Below, in pieces: positions 19,895-30,124 of a stretch of 64,000 bases of DNA. Position 1 is the stretch's first letter; each line of letters opens with the position of its first letter. The stretch is from the NCBI GenBank assembly GCA_038060295.1, contig JBBTHR010000006.1, positions 8,735 through 72,734 on the forward strand. Reading direction: 5' to 3'. A program made the position numbers and the translations under genes. This DNA is from Candidatus Eiseniibacteriota bacterium (GTDB lineage Bacteria > Eisenbacteria > RBG-16-71-46 > SZUA-252). The notes beneath the pieces are model-generated. The model saw only the letters and a program-made list of their open reading frames with translations, was not told the origin of the DNA and made no database searches.

Positions 19895-21144
19895 CGGTGA
19901 AATACCGCTTTCACCTTGAGAATCCCCGCCGCGAGCCGCTCGATCTCCGGGGCGTCGTTGTAGACCGCAAAGGAGGCGCGCGCCGTGGCCGGAACTCCGA
20001 GGCGCGCGTGAAGCGGCATGGCGCAGTGATGTCCCGCGCGCACCGCGATCCCCTCCAGGTCGAGAACGCCCGCCACGTCGTGGGCATGGATGTCGTCCAC
20101 GGTGAAGCTCACCACCCCACCGCGGTCTTCCGTGAGGGGCGGGCCGTAGACGGTGACCCCCGGAATGGCCTGGAGCAGGCGCATGGTCTGGTGGGCCAGA
20201 TCCCGACCGTGCGCGTGGATCGCGTCCATGCCGATCGGGGCGAGGTAGTCGATTGCCGCGGCGAGGCCGACCGCGTCGGCGAAGTTCGTGGTGCCCGCCT
20301 CGAACTTGGCGGGAGGATCGGCCCACGTGGAGCGCTGGAGCGTAACCTCCCGGATCATCTCGCCGCCGCCCATGTAGGGCGGCATCGCTTCCAGATGCTC
20401 CCGCTTCGCCACCAGCGCGCCGATCCCGGTCGGACCGAGCATCTTGTGGCCCGAGAAGGCGAGGAAATCGGCGCCGGTCGCCTGGAAGTCGACCGGCATG
20501 TGCGGCACCGCCTGCGCGGCGTCGATGAAGACGAGCGCGCCGGCGGCGTGCGCGCGGCGGGTCAATTCGGCCACGGGATTCAGCGTGCCGAGCGCGTTCG
20601 AGACCCACGTGAAGGATACGATCTTCACCGGCCCGTCGAGCAATGAGTCGAGGTTCGTCAGGTCGAGCCGGCCCTGGCCGTCCACCGGGATGTGCCGGAG
20701 GATGGCGCCCTTCTCCTCGGCCAGAAGTTGCCAGGGAACCAGGTTCGAGTGGTGCTCCATCTCGGTCGAGAGAATGACGTCGCCGCGGCCGACGAACTTC
20801 CGGCCCCAGGCGCTCGCCACGAGGTTCACCGACTCCGTCGTCCCGCGCGTGAAGACCAGGTCGCGCGCCGACCGGGCGTTCACGAAGCGCGCCACCGTCT
20901 CGCGCGCCCCTTCGTAGGCGGCGGTCGCCTCCTCGCCCAGCAGGTAGACGCCCCGATGGACGTTCGCGTTGTGGAGCCGGTAAAAATCGTCGAGAGCCTT
21001 CAGCACCGAGGCCGGCTTCTGCGTCGTCGCCGTATTGTCGAGATAGGCGAGCGGCTTCCCGTGGATCATCCGCTCGAGAATCGGGAAGTCCCGGCGAATC
21101 GCCGCCACGTCGAGGCGCCGCGCGGGCGCGGCCGTCGGGGCCAT
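19891..21144 (-). CDS. sufS: Cysteine desulfurase SufS
   Basis: 417 aa class V aminotransferase. FSGHKMLGPTGIG carries the PLP lysine and RAGHHCAMPL the active-site Cys. Confidence 0.95.
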   Translation of the reverse strand: MAPTAAPARRLDVAAIRRDFPILERMIHGKPLAYLDNTATTQKPASVLKALDDFYRLHNANVHRGVYLLGEEATAAYEGARETVARFVNARSARDLVFTRGTTESVNLVASAWGRKFVGRGDVILSTEMEHHSNLVPWQLLAEEKGAILRHIPVDGQGRLDLTNLDSLLDGPVKIVSFTWVSNALGTLNPVAELTRRAHAAGALVFIDAAQAVPHMPVDFQATGADFLAFSGHKMLGPTGIGALVAKREHLEAMPPYMGGGEMIREVTLQRSTWADPPAKFEAGTTNFADAVGLAAAIDYLAPIGMDAIHAHGRDLAHQTMRLLQAIPGVTVYGPPLTEDRGGVVSFTVDDIHAHDVAGVLDLEGIAVRAGHHCAMPLHARLGVPATARASFAVYNDAPEIERLAAGILKVKAVFHR

Positions 21145-22527
21145 TTAGCCATCCGCCTTTCGTTCCACCGCCGCCGTGACGAGCGCGCGCAGGGAATCCG
21201 CGGGGATGCGGTCCAGCACCGGCGCGAAGAAGCCGCCGATCACGAGGAGTTCGGCCTCGTGCCGCGTGAGACCGCGCGACATGAGATAGAAGAGCTGCTC
21301 GTCGTCCACCTGGCCGACCGTCGCGCCGTGCGTGCAGCGGACGTCGTTCGCCTCGATCTCGAGACTCGGGATCGAATCGGCGCGCGCCTTGTCGGAGAGG
21401 ATGAGATTTCGGTTCGCCTGGTAGGCGTCGGACCGCTGCGCGTCGGGGTGGATCTTGATCAGGCCCTGATAGATCATGCGGGCCCGGCCGCGCAGCGCTC
21501 CCTTGAAGAGGAGATCGCTGACGGAGTGCCCGACTTTGTGGTTCTGGTAGGTGTGAAAGTCGAAGTGCTGCGTCTCGCTGCCGAAATAGCAGCCCGAGAG
21601 CTTCGCCTCGGCCCCCTCGCCCTCCAGGAACATCTCGAAGTCGGCCTTGCGGAGTTTTCCGCCCAGCTCGGTCACGGTCCAGTGAAAGCGGCCGTCCCGC
21701 GCCACGCGGGCGCGCTCGGTGCCGAAGTGATAGACGTTTCCGCCCCAGCGCTGGAAGGTGGCGAAGTGGAGCGTCGCCCCCTCGCCCACCGTGAGTTCGG
21801 TCACGCCGGCGCAGACGCCGTTTCCCGGCTCGCCGGCCGAGACATACTCCTCGATGACGGTCGCCTCGGCCCCCGCCTCGAGCGCCACCACGATGTGGGG
21901 GAACTGGGCGAGGTGCGGTGTTTGCCGCGAGACGACAATTCGGACGGGGCGCTCGATCTTCACGCCCTTGGGAACGTGCAGGAAGGCGCCGCCGGTGCGA
22001 AGTGCCGCGTTCAGGCCCGTGAAGCGGTTCTCGTCCGGCCGCACGGTCGCACCGAGATAGCGTTCGACCAGCGTCGGCTGGAGCCGGGCCGCCTCGGCGA
22101 TCGGCGCAAAGGTGATCCCCTTCGCGGCGAACTCGGCCGAGCGTTCGGCGTAGACGGTCTCGGAGTCGATCTGAACGAGCAGCGCGGAGCGCTCCTCGGC
22201 GGGGCCGATCGCCTCGTGCAGCGATTCGGGAAGCGCCGCCGCCGTGGCCACCGTCGGATGCGCGTCGCGGAACGGCACCAGCTCGTCCCATTTGAAGCTG
22301 GAAATATCGGTGCGCCGCCAAAGTTCTTCCAGACGGGTCGGGAACGGCGTGTCCTGGCAGTAGGCCCAGGCCGCGGCCCGCCGCTTCGCCAGGAAGTCGG
22401 AATCGCCGCTTCGCGTCGCGAGCGCGGAGATATCCCCCTGCGACATCGACCCGATCCGCGGCGCGACTTCCGTTTCCGGAGCGCCGGCGCGGGCCGGGGG
22501 TGTGGTCGTCGTTTCGGTTGGATTCAC
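21145..22527 (-). CDS. sufD: Fe-S cluster assembly protein SufD
   Basis: SufD-like beta-helix lying between sufB and sufS. The start is either the GTG at 22527 (GAGGAG 7 nt upstream) or the ATG at 22446. Confidence 0.88.
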   Translation of the reverse strand: MNPTETTTTPPARAGAPETEVAPRIGSMSQGDISALATRSGDSDFLAKRRAAAWAYCQDTPFPTRLEELWRRTDISSFKWDELVPFRDAHPTVATAAALPESLHEAIGPAEERSALLVQIDSETVYAERSAEFAAKGITFAPIAEAARLQPTLVERYLGATVRPDENRFTGLNAALRTGGAFLHVPKGVKIERPVRIVVSRQTPHLAQFPHIVVALEAGAEATVIEEYVSAGEPGNGVCAGVTELTVGEGATLHFATFQRWGGNVYHFGTERARVARDGRFHWTVTELGGKLRKADFEMFLEGEGAEAKLSGCYFGSETQHFDFHTYQNHKVGHSVSDLLFKGALRGRARMIYQGLIKIHPDAQRSDAYQANRNLILSDKARADSIPSLEIEANDVRCTHGATVGQVDDEQLFYLMSRGLTRHEAELLVIGGFFAPVLDRIPADSLRALVTAAVERKADG

Positions 22528-22565
22528 TCGTGTCTCCTCGTTCACGCTGCCGGAAGCAGGGCGGG

Positions 22566-23987
22566 TCAACCGACCGAGCCTTCCATTTGCAGCTGGATCA
22601 GGCGATTCATCTCGACGGCGTACTCCATCGGAAGTTCCTTCGTTATCGGCTCGATGAATCCGTTCACGATCATGGCCGCCGCTTCGTCCTGCGGGATTCC
22701 GCGGCTCATCAGATAGAAGAGCTGCTCGTCCCCGATCTTCGACACCGTCGCCTCGTGCCCGATCGAGACCATGTCCTCCTCGATCTCCATGTACGGATAC
22801 GTGTCCGAGCGCGAGTCCTCGTCCAGGATCAGCGCGTCGCACTTCACCGTCGACTTGCATCCCTTCGAGCCCTTCGTGACCTTCACCAGCCCGCGGTAGC
22901 CCGCGCGCCCGCCGTCCTTGCTGATCGACTTCGAGATGACGTTGGACGTCGTGTTCGGCGCGGCGTGAACGACCTTGCCGCCGGCGTCCTGGTGTTGTCC
23001 CTTGCCGGCGAACGCGATCGAGAGGATTTCGGCGTGGGCGCCGCGGCCGACCATGTAGACGGACGGATACTTCATGGTCAGCTTCGATCCGAGGTTTGCG
23101 TCCACCCATTCCATGGTGGCGTCCTCGTGGGCCATGGCCCGCTTGGTGACCAGGTTGTAGACGTTGTTCGACCAGTTCTGGATCGTCGTGTAGCGGCAGC
23201 GACCGCCCTTCTTCACGATGATCTCGACCACGGCCGAGTGAAGCGAGTCGGTGGCGTAAATCGGCGCGGTGCAGCCCTCGACGTAGTGCACGTAGGCGCC
23301 CTCGTCGACGATGATGAGCGTCCGCTCGAACTGCCCCATGTTCTGCGCGTTGATACGGAAGTAGGCCTGGAGCGGAAGGTCGACCTTCACGCCCTTCGGC
23401 ACGTAGATGAACGATCCTCCAGACCAAACCGCGCTGTTCAGCGCCGCGAACTTATTGTCCGACGGCGGAATCACGGTGCCGAAGTACTCCCGGAATAGAT
23501 CCGGGTGCTGCTCCAACGCCGAGCCGGTGTCGAGGAAGATGACCCCCTGCGCGGAGAGCGACTCCTTGATCTTGTGGTAGACGGTCTCGGAATCGTACTG
23601 GGCGCCGACGCCGGAGAGGAACTTCTGCTCGGCCTCGGGAATCCCCAGCTTGTCGAACGTCCGCTTGATGTCGGCGGGAACGTCCTCCCACGACTTGCCC
23701 TGCTCGTCCACCGGTTTCAGGTAGTAGTAGATGTCCTGGAAATCGATGTCGCTGAGGCGTCCGCCCCAGGTCGGCATCGGCTTCCGCTCGAAGTGCTCGA
23801 ACGACTTGAGACGGAACTCGCGCATCCACGCGGGCTCCTTCTTCATCTCGGAGATCATCGTCACGACGTCCCGATCGAGGCCCTTCCGCGACTTGAAGAC
23901 CGGGGCGATGTCGTCGTGGAATCCGAACTTTTCCCGGTAGCCCTCGCGGATATCGAGGACCGGCTGCTGCTGCGGCTGGTCGCTCAT
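22566..23987 (-). CDS. sufB: Fe-S cluster assembly protein SufB
   Basis: 473 aa and unmistakably SufB-like throughout. Confidence 0.97.
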   Translation of the reverse strand: MSDQPQQQPVLDIREGYREKFGFHDDIAPVFKSRKGLDRDVVTMISEMKKEPAWMREFRLKSFEHFERKPMPTWGGRLSDIDFQDIYYYLKPVDEQGKSWEDVPADIKRTFDKLGIPEAEQKFLSGVGAQYDSETVYHKIKESLSAQGVIFLDTGSALEQHPDLFREYFGTVIPPSDNKFAALNSAVWSGGSFIYVPKGVKVDLPLQAYFRINAQNMGQFERTLIIVDEGAYVHYVEGCTAPIYATDSLHSAVVEIIVKKGGRCRYTTIQNWSNNVYNLVTKRAMAHEDATMEWVDANLGSKLTMKYPSVYMVGRGAHAEILSIAFAGKGQHQDAGGKVVHAAPNTTSNVISKSISKDGGRAGYRGLVKVTKGSKGCKSTVKCDALILDEDSRSDTYPYMEIEEDMVSIGHEATVSKIGDEQLFYLMSRGIPQDEAAAMIVNGFIEPITKELPMEYAVEMNRLIQLQMEGSVG

Positions 23988-24012
23988 CGTGTTGCTCCTT
24001 GCCCGAGGGCGG

Positions 24013-24777
<765 letters not shown>

Positions 24778-24836
24778 TCTGTGTTCTCCTTCATCGGGCG
24801 CGGCATCCGCGCTTGGTCAATGGCCGGAGCCGGCCG

Positions 24837-25214
24837 CTATACGTTGAAGCTTTCCCCGCAACCGCACGCTTTCTTGGCGCGGGGGTTGAGAAACTGGACG
24901 CCGGAACCCAGGAGCCCGCGCTGGTAGTCGACCGTGGTTCCCTCGAGAATCGCGAGCGAACGCGGATCGACGACGACGGTCAGCCCGTCGTATTCCAGCA
25001 CCAGATCCCCCGGACGCGCGGACGTGGTGAAGACCATCACGTAGTGGTACCCCGAACAGCCTCCCGCCTTCACGCCGAGACGGAGAATCTGGCCTTCCTT
25101 CCCTTCGCGCACGCGGGCCTGCTTGACGTACGCGACCGCTCCGGGCGTGAGCACGACGGTTCCGGCCGCGGCGTCGGGCCGCGTCTCGGGATTCGGAGTC
25201 GTCGCTTCGCTCAT
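24837..25214 (-). CDS. sufA: A-type Fe-S carrier (SufA/IscA/ErpA family)
   Basis: 125 aa. GGCSGY and C-terminal CGCGESF motifs. The ATG at 25214 overlaps the MerR-like stop as ATGA. Confidence 0.9.
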   Translation of the reverse strand: MSEATTPNPETRPDAAAGTVVLTPGAVAYVKQARVREGKEGQILRLGVKAGGCSGYHYVMVFTTSARPGDLVLEYDGLTVVVDPRSLAILEGTTVDYQRGLLGSGVQFLNPRAKKACGCGESFNV

Positions 25215-25762
25215 CGAGTCTTCGTTCCGAGGGGGATCGTGATCCCGCCCCCGTTGGCGCTGCCCTGCGGGCGCGTCGCGATGTGGAAGCCCGCGACGAG
25301 CGCCGGCTCTTCCTTCACGCCGTGATCCTCCGGACATTGCGGACAATCGTCCTCGGTGGTGCGGACCGGCTGGCACTGATCGCAGGCGTGGAGATAGTGG
25401 AGCGTCTCGACCAGCTCCTGCTCCAGCGCGCGGAAGCGCTCGAGTTGCTCTCGCGTCTCGGTGAGGCGCGCCAGGAACGCCTCGCGCAGCACCCCCATGG
25501 CCTTCGGCCCGTAGTGGGTCGTCTGCCATTCGCGAAGGAGCCCCTGGATCTGGTGGAGGGTGAATCCGCTCTCCTGCAGCAGTTCGATCCAGCGGATCTG
25601 GCGGAGCGCCGTTTCGTCGTAGAGGCGAAACCCGCCCTGCGAGCGGGCGGCGGGCGTGAGGAGACCAAGCTCTTCATATAGATGTAGAGCTCGGACCGAC
25701 TTCCCGGCCTGTTTGGCGAGGTCGCCTACCTTGTGGAGCTTGCTCTGATCGATCGTTTCCAT
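25211..25762 (-). CDS. MerR family transcriptional regulator with a C-terminal CxxC-x9-CxxC motif
   Basis: N-terminal MerR HTH (KVGDLAKQAGKSVRALHLYEELGLLTPAARSQGGFRLY), a coiled-coil linker, then CDQCQPVRTTEDDCPQC. Confidence 0.85.
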   Translation of the reverse strand: METIDQSKLHKVGDLAKQAGKSVRALHLYEELGLLTPAARSQGGFRLYDETALRQIRWIELLQESGFTLHQIQGLLREWQTTHYGPKAMGVLREAFLARLTETREQLERFRALEQELVETLHYLHACDQCQPVRTTEDDCPQCPEDHGVKEEPALVAGFHIATRPQGSANGGGITIPLGTKTR

Positions 25763-25786
25763 GGCCTCACGTGCAGTTAGATGCGT

Positions 25787-25816
25787 ATCGTACCCTTACG
25801 TGTACGTTAGAGTCTA
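25787..25816 (-). promoter_or_regulatory. Candidate sigma-70 promoter with an internal dyad (possible MerR-type operator)
   Basis: The minus strand reads TAGACT-N18-TACGAT. The spacer contains the imperfect dyad CTTACGTG/TACGTTAG (25795-25810, 6 of 8 positions symmetric). It lies about 25 nt upstream of the ATG at 25762. Confidence 0.35.
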
Positions 25817-26033
25817 TTTGAAATTTCGGCAGGTTTCGAGGGGAGGTGAGCGGAAATCGTCAGCGTCCGGTCGTTGTCGTGTAAGTAGTTATAAAATAAT
25901 AAATTATGGACATATCCCCGGCCCACAAGGGGGCCATGAGACGCATGATCCTGGAAGCCACGCCTCCGGGGGGCTACTTTGGTGGTATCTTGGGACGCCG
26001 GTTTTCGGATGGATCCAGTGACAGCCCAGGAGG

Positions 26034-26435
26034 TTGATCGTGTCTCGACACCCCGCTTATCGACTGACCGTGATCGCCCTGCTGGCCGTCGGCGTGGCGC
26101 TTGCCACGCACGGCTGCGGCGGCGATGACAAGAAGAACCCGACCTCGCCTGGCGGCGGTGGCGGCGCCGCAGACGTCACGATCAATATCGTCGGAATCGC
26201 CGGGGCGAATTCATTTTCCCCCAGCCCCGACACCGTCACCGTCGGTCAGACGGTTTCCTGGAAGAATAACGACGGCGTAACGCACACCTCGACCGCCGAC
26301 GGCAGCGCCTGGAACACGACCAACATCGCGGCCGGAGGGACCAGCACCCCGATCGCGATGAACACGAACGGAGCCTTCCCCTACCATTGCACGCCCCATC
26401 CGACCATGACCGGCATCCTGGTGGTCAAGCCATGA
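26034..26435 (+). CDS. Type 1 blue copper protein (amicyanin/plastocyanin-like cupredoxin), lipoprotein
   Basis: Lipobox-like ATHGC. Copper ligands VTH ... YHCTPHPTM (C-x2-H-x2-M, as in amicyanin). An alternative GTG start at 40 follows the RBS CAGGAGG. Confidence 0.85.
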   Translation: MIVSRHPAYRLTVIALLAVGVALATHGCGGDDKKNPTSPGGGGGAADVTINIVGIAGANSFSPSPDTVTVGQTVSWKNNDGVTHTSTADGSAWNTTNIAAGGTSTPIAMNTNGAFPYHCTPHPTMTGILVVKP

Positions 26436-26917
26436 CCGAGGTGATGCGCATACTCCACGTCTTCGGAGCGGTCGTGCTGATCGGAGATCTGCTGTTCGCC
26501 GGCTTCTGGCTATCGCGCGCCGTCCAGCGCGGCGACACGGGGCTTCGCGCCTACGTGCTCGCGACGATGGCCTGGACCAGCAAGTCGTACGCGCTTCCCG
26601 CGATCCTGGTCAACTTGATCGCCGGGCTCGCGCTGATTCACTTCAAGGAGACGCCCATGGCCACCGCGCTCTGGCTCTGGATCGCGCTGGTCCTCTACGT
26701 CGTGGTGACCGGGTTGTGGCACGGCGTGCTGATTCCGAGGCGGAAGAAGATGGCGGCGCTGTTCGGGGAACCGGAGAAGGGTGCGAAGGCGGTCGTGGCG
26801 GCGGGGGCGGCGGGAGACTTCGACTCCATGGCGCGCGCGTGGCTTGGCGTCAACGGCGTGACCGTTTTAATCCTTTTCGTGATCCTCGCGCTGATGGTTT
26901 GGAGGCCGACGCTTTAG
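26432..26917 (+). CDS. Integral membrane protein (DUF2269-like)
   Basis: 161 aa with four hydrophobic helices. Its ATG overlaps the cupredoxin stop as ATGA. Confidence 0.65.
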   Translation: MTEVMRILHVFGAVVLIGDLLFAGFWLSRAVQRGDTGLRAYVLATMAWTSKSYALPAILVNLIAGLALIHFKETPMATALWLWIALVLYVVVTGLWHGVLIPRRKKMAALFGEPEKGAKAVVAAGAAGDFDSMARAWLGVNGVTVLILFVILALMVWRPTL

Positions 26918-28463
26918 ATTTCGCTTTCGGTCGGGGCCTCGGTTTTCGTTGCGCGGCCGCGCTCGGCTTTCGCTTCGCCTTTTTCCCCATCATTTTCTTC
27001 GATTTCGACTTGGGCTTCGGCGCCGCGGCACTCCGCCTCGGCGCCGTTCCCTTTTCCACCGTGGTCCAGCGCACGAAGGGTAGAAGCCGCGGCACCCCGC
27101 CATGCGTGCCGAGCGGCGTCGGGCGTTGAAGCGCCCCGACCGCCGTGATCCGCGGAACACCGAGCGCCGAGAGACGCGTCTCCAGCCGCTCGCGTCGGGC
27201 GCCGCGCTCCTCCACGGCGATCGCCTCGAGGTACCGCTCCGATCCGGCGATGGCTCGTACGAATTCCTCCACGTCCTTCACCGCGTGTACGCGGACCACG
27301 CGGTGGCGCGGCCCCGGCTCGAAGCGGGCGCTTCCTTCCGCGATCACTGTCCACTCCGTCCCCCGCTCCGATTCGAGCACGCGCGTCACGCGGCCGGTCG
27401 CGGCCTCGAGCGCCGCCTGGGCACGAGAGAGCTGGACCGACGCGGCCTCGGCGGGGGCGGGTTCCCGCCGCGGGAGACGACGCGCCGCCGCGTCCAACGC
27501 CGCGCCGAGCGCTTCCGCGAACGCCACCGGCGTCACCATCCCGCCGCGCTCGACGTAGTAGGCGTGCGGCGACAGACATCCCTGCTGATCGTAGAGCGCC
27601 ACGTCGTGCGCCGCGCGCGCGGCCAGCGCCTGGAGCGCTCCGCGCCGCATCGCTCCCGCGCCGATGTAACCGACGCTAACCTTGGGACCTTGCAGCACGA
27701 CCGCCGCGCCGGGTCGAGCCGCGTGCCCGATACTCGTGATCGCCGTCTCCCCTCCGAAGGCCAGGACGGCGGGGGCGCGCTCCAGCGCCACGCGATCGAG
27801 TTCCGTCTGCCCTCCCTTCCACCAGACGACCGCCATGCAGGCGCCGAGATCGGGATCGACCTCCGCGATCGCGCCGGCCAGGAGCGACGCGAAGAGCGGC
27901 TCCTGCGCCGCCGTCTTCGCCACCAGCGCCGACTTGAGGAGGAGCGCCGAAAAGAGCGGGAGGACCGGTACCGTCGGAACATTCCCGGCGTAGATCTGAA
28001 GCATCCACTCGGGACCGTGCGCCCGACGGCGCGTACCGCCCGGCCCGGGCATCGGGCGGTCGAGGGTGCGAGCCGAGCCGAGTTCGCCCGCGAGCCAACG
28101 CGACAGCCCGCCGCGCGCGAGGGGCTGGAAGGCGTCGTCGAGCGCCTGCGAGACCATGGGGGCCGAAAACGTCCCTGTCCGGCCGAGCGCGTCGATCGCT
28201 TCGCGCCGTTGCCTGGAGCGCGGGTCGAGGTAACGCTCCACGACACGATCGAGCGAGCGAATCGTCGCGGCGATCGGACGCGCGGCGAGATGCTTCGCCC
28301 GCGCCGTGCGGAGGTGCTCGATCCACTGCGCGAGTACCTCGGGCGTGAGGAGCGGGAGGCGGATTTCGAGCGGATCGGGCGGCGGCCCGAAGCGCTGGAG
28401 CGTCGTCTCCACCGTTCCGGCGAGTGCCGGCGGAAGGTAGAACGCGTCGAGCGGCCGGTTCAT
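26850..28463 (-). CDS. LuxC-like acyl-CoA reductase with a Lys/Pro-rich C-terminal tail
   Basis: The start MNRPLDAFYLPP at 28463 overlaps the LuxE-like stop as ATGA. ALDH-like core with YDQQGCLSPH. The last roughly 65 aa are KPKSKSKKMMGKKAKRKPS... Confidence 0.8.
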   Translation of the reverse strand: MNRPLDAFYLPPALAGTVETTLQRFGPPPDPLEIRLPLLTPEVLAQWIEHLRTARAKHLAARPIAATIRSLDRVVERYLDPRSRQRREAIDALGRTGTFSAPMVSQALDDAFQPLARGGLSRWLAGELGSARTLDRPMPGPGGTRRRAHGPEWMLQIYAGNVPTVPVLPLFSALLLKSALVAKTAAQEPLFASLLAGAIAEVDPDLGACMAVVWWKGGQTELDRVALERAPAVLAFGGETAITSIGHAARPGAAVVLQGPKVSVGYIGAGAMRRGALQALAARAAHDVALYDQQGCLSPHAYYVERGGMVTPVAFAEALGAALDAAARRLPRREPAPAEAASVQLSRAQAALEAATGRVTRVLESERGTEWTVIAEGSARFEPGPRHRVVRVHAVKDVEEFVRAIAGSERYLEAIAVEERGARRERLETRLSALGVPRITAVGALQRPTPLGTHGGVPRLLPFVRWTTVEKGTAPRRSAAAPKPKSKSKKMMGKKAKRKPSAAAQRKPRPRPKAKSKASASKPSARGSRKGLKRSRR

Positions 28464-29572
28464 GCGCCACCCTCCGCGAGGAATTTCTCGAACTGGAGCG
28501 AACAGCCGCGCACCTCGGCGCCGAGGAGGCGACCTTCCAGGTGGAGCCGGTCGCCGATCCGATATCCGATGTCCTCGGTCTGGATCGCTAGCGGGATGTC
28601 GACGTTGGCGAGGTCGTAGTGAACGAGGATGCCGCGTTCGCCGTCGGGTTGTTCCTCCAGCGTCTCGGGATGGAGCACGCGAGTGCGGACCCACGGCGGG
28701 ATCTGCTTTCCGGCGAGGCGCGGGCGGCCCTCGTGGTGTGCCAGGAGATTGTCGTCGTAGAACTGGCTCCCGAGTTCCGCCATGCCGTACTCGTTCACGA
28801 GGTGCGAGGGGGGAATGCCGAGGCGGTGGGCAAATGCCGATTCGATTTCTTCGCGCTCATACTCCGCGCGCTGCCCTTTCGCACCGCCGGTGTCCATGGC
28901 GCGGGATCCGGCCGGGAGCGAGAAGATGCGGTCCACGCGCTCCAGGTGCTCGAAATAGGCCATGAAGAAGAGGGACGTGCCGAGGAGGAGCGTCGGTTCG
29001 CGTCGCGACTCCACGCGTTGGAGCACCGAGTCTGCTTCGCTCCAGCGTGGGTCCCCACCGCGCACGAGGTAGACCGCGGCCGCCGCGAACTTCCCGACAA
29101 CCTTGTCGACCATGAACCAGAGCGAGGAGCGCGGCGCTTCCACCCAGCGCGGACCGAAGACGATTGCGGGGAGCCGCGCGGCGTCGGGGAGGAGGTGGCG
29201 TTCGAAGCTCCGGAGCAACGAGGCCTCATAGGCGGCGGTGGAACCGAGGCGAACACGGCCCGGCTTCGAAACCGAAGTGCCGCTCGTCTCGAAGATGGCG
29301 GCTTCGCTCCCGAGCGGCGCGGAGCTCATGTCGTGGCTCTTGAAGGCGGACGCGGGGACCGGCGGGATATCGCGCCAGTCGGTGACGGTCTCGGGAGTGC
29401 GGCCCAGATAGCTGCAGTAGGCAGCGTAGGGAGGGATGTTTCTCGCGTTCTGAACGAAGCGGCGAAGAAACCCACCATCGATGCGTTCCACTCGCTGCTC
29501 CGCCAGCCGGCTCCAATCCAGCCGTTGAATCAGGTCGATGACGTCATGCCTCAAACCGGCGTTCCCCCGCAC
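28460..29572 (-). CDS. LuxE-like acyl-protein synthetase
   Basis: 370 aa. YAAYCSYLG ... IPPVPASAFK ... IFETSGTS pattern of the LuxE family (adenylate-forming). Confidence 0.78.
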   Translation of the reverse strand: MRGNAGLRHDVIDLIQRLDWSRLAEQRVERIDGGFLRRFVQNARNIPPYAAYCSYLGRTPETVTDWRDIPPVPASAFKSHDMSSAPLGSEAAIFETSGTSVSKPGRVRLGSTAAYEASLLRSFERHLLPDAARLPAIVFGPRWVEAPRSSLWFMVDKVVGKFAAAAVYLVRGGDPRWSEADSVLQRVESRREPTLLLGTSLFFMAYFEHLERVDRIFSLPAGSRAMDTGGAKGQRAEYEREEIESAFAHRLGIPPSHLVNEYGMAELGSQFYDDNLLAHHEGRPRLAGKQIPPWVRTRVLHPETLEEQPDGERGILVHYDLANVDIPLAIQTEDIGYRIGDRLHLEGRLLGAEVRGCSLQFEKFLAEGGA

Positions 29573-30093
29573 GCCAGCCGTGCGGCGTCTTCCGGGTCGC
29601 GCGCGATGGAGATCAGACTAAGCACCGCTTCGTTCACCTCGAACCGCCGCGTCAGGAAATCCATCAACTCCTTCCACGGATCCCCCAGCAACACCAATCC
29701 CTGCGGGCCGTCGTCGCGGTCGAACATCAATAGCGTCCAGACCCAGAGCAGTTCGTTCAGCGTCCCCACACCCCCCGGCAGCACGATCGCCGCACGGGTC
29801 CCACCCAGCAAGCAGCGGAGCCGCGCGTGGAGGTCGGGCGACTCATGCACCTCGTCCAGGTAGGAATTCGGCACCCGTGCCTCCGAGAACCACTTCAGCG
29901 TGCAGCCGACGACGCGCCCACCCTCGGACTTCGCGCCCGACGCCACTCCCTCCATGATCCCTCCGTACCCCCCGCAACGGATGATCGCCCCGCGCTTCGC
30001 GAGCGCGCGTCCCAGCGATTCGGCCAGGCGGTAGTGGGGCGAGGCATGCGAGGCCTGGCTGCTGCCGAACACGGCGACCGACACGGCGGACAT
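29551..30093 (-). CDS. LOG family protein (TIGR00730; nucleotide 5'-monophosphate nucleosidase)
   Basis: 180 aa from the ATG at 30093. GGYGGIMEG and PGGVGTLNEL motifs. Confidence 0.88.
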   Translation of the reverse strand: MSAVSVAVFGSSQASHASPHYRLAESLGRALAKRGAIIRCGGYGGIMEGVASGAKSEGGRVVGCTLKWFSEARVPNSYLDEVHESPDLHARLRCLLGGTRAAIVLPGGVGTLNELLWVWTLLMFDRDDGPQGLVLLGDPWKELMDFLTRRFEVNEAVLSLISIARDPEDAARLACGGTPV

Positions 30094-30124
30094 GGTGGCC
30101 TCCCCTTGTGCTAGGATCGTTCGG

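Noticed and set aside
19496-22321. 941-aa ORF covering sufU, sufS and sufD
   Set aside because: Only the C-terminal 132 aa (SufU) are genuine. The rest is an alternative frame of sufS and sufD.
25761-26021. 86-aa plus-strand ORF in the merR/cupredoxin intergenic region
   Set aside because: It has no RBS, an odd composition and AT-rich promoter-like DNA. Regulatory sequence explains the region better.
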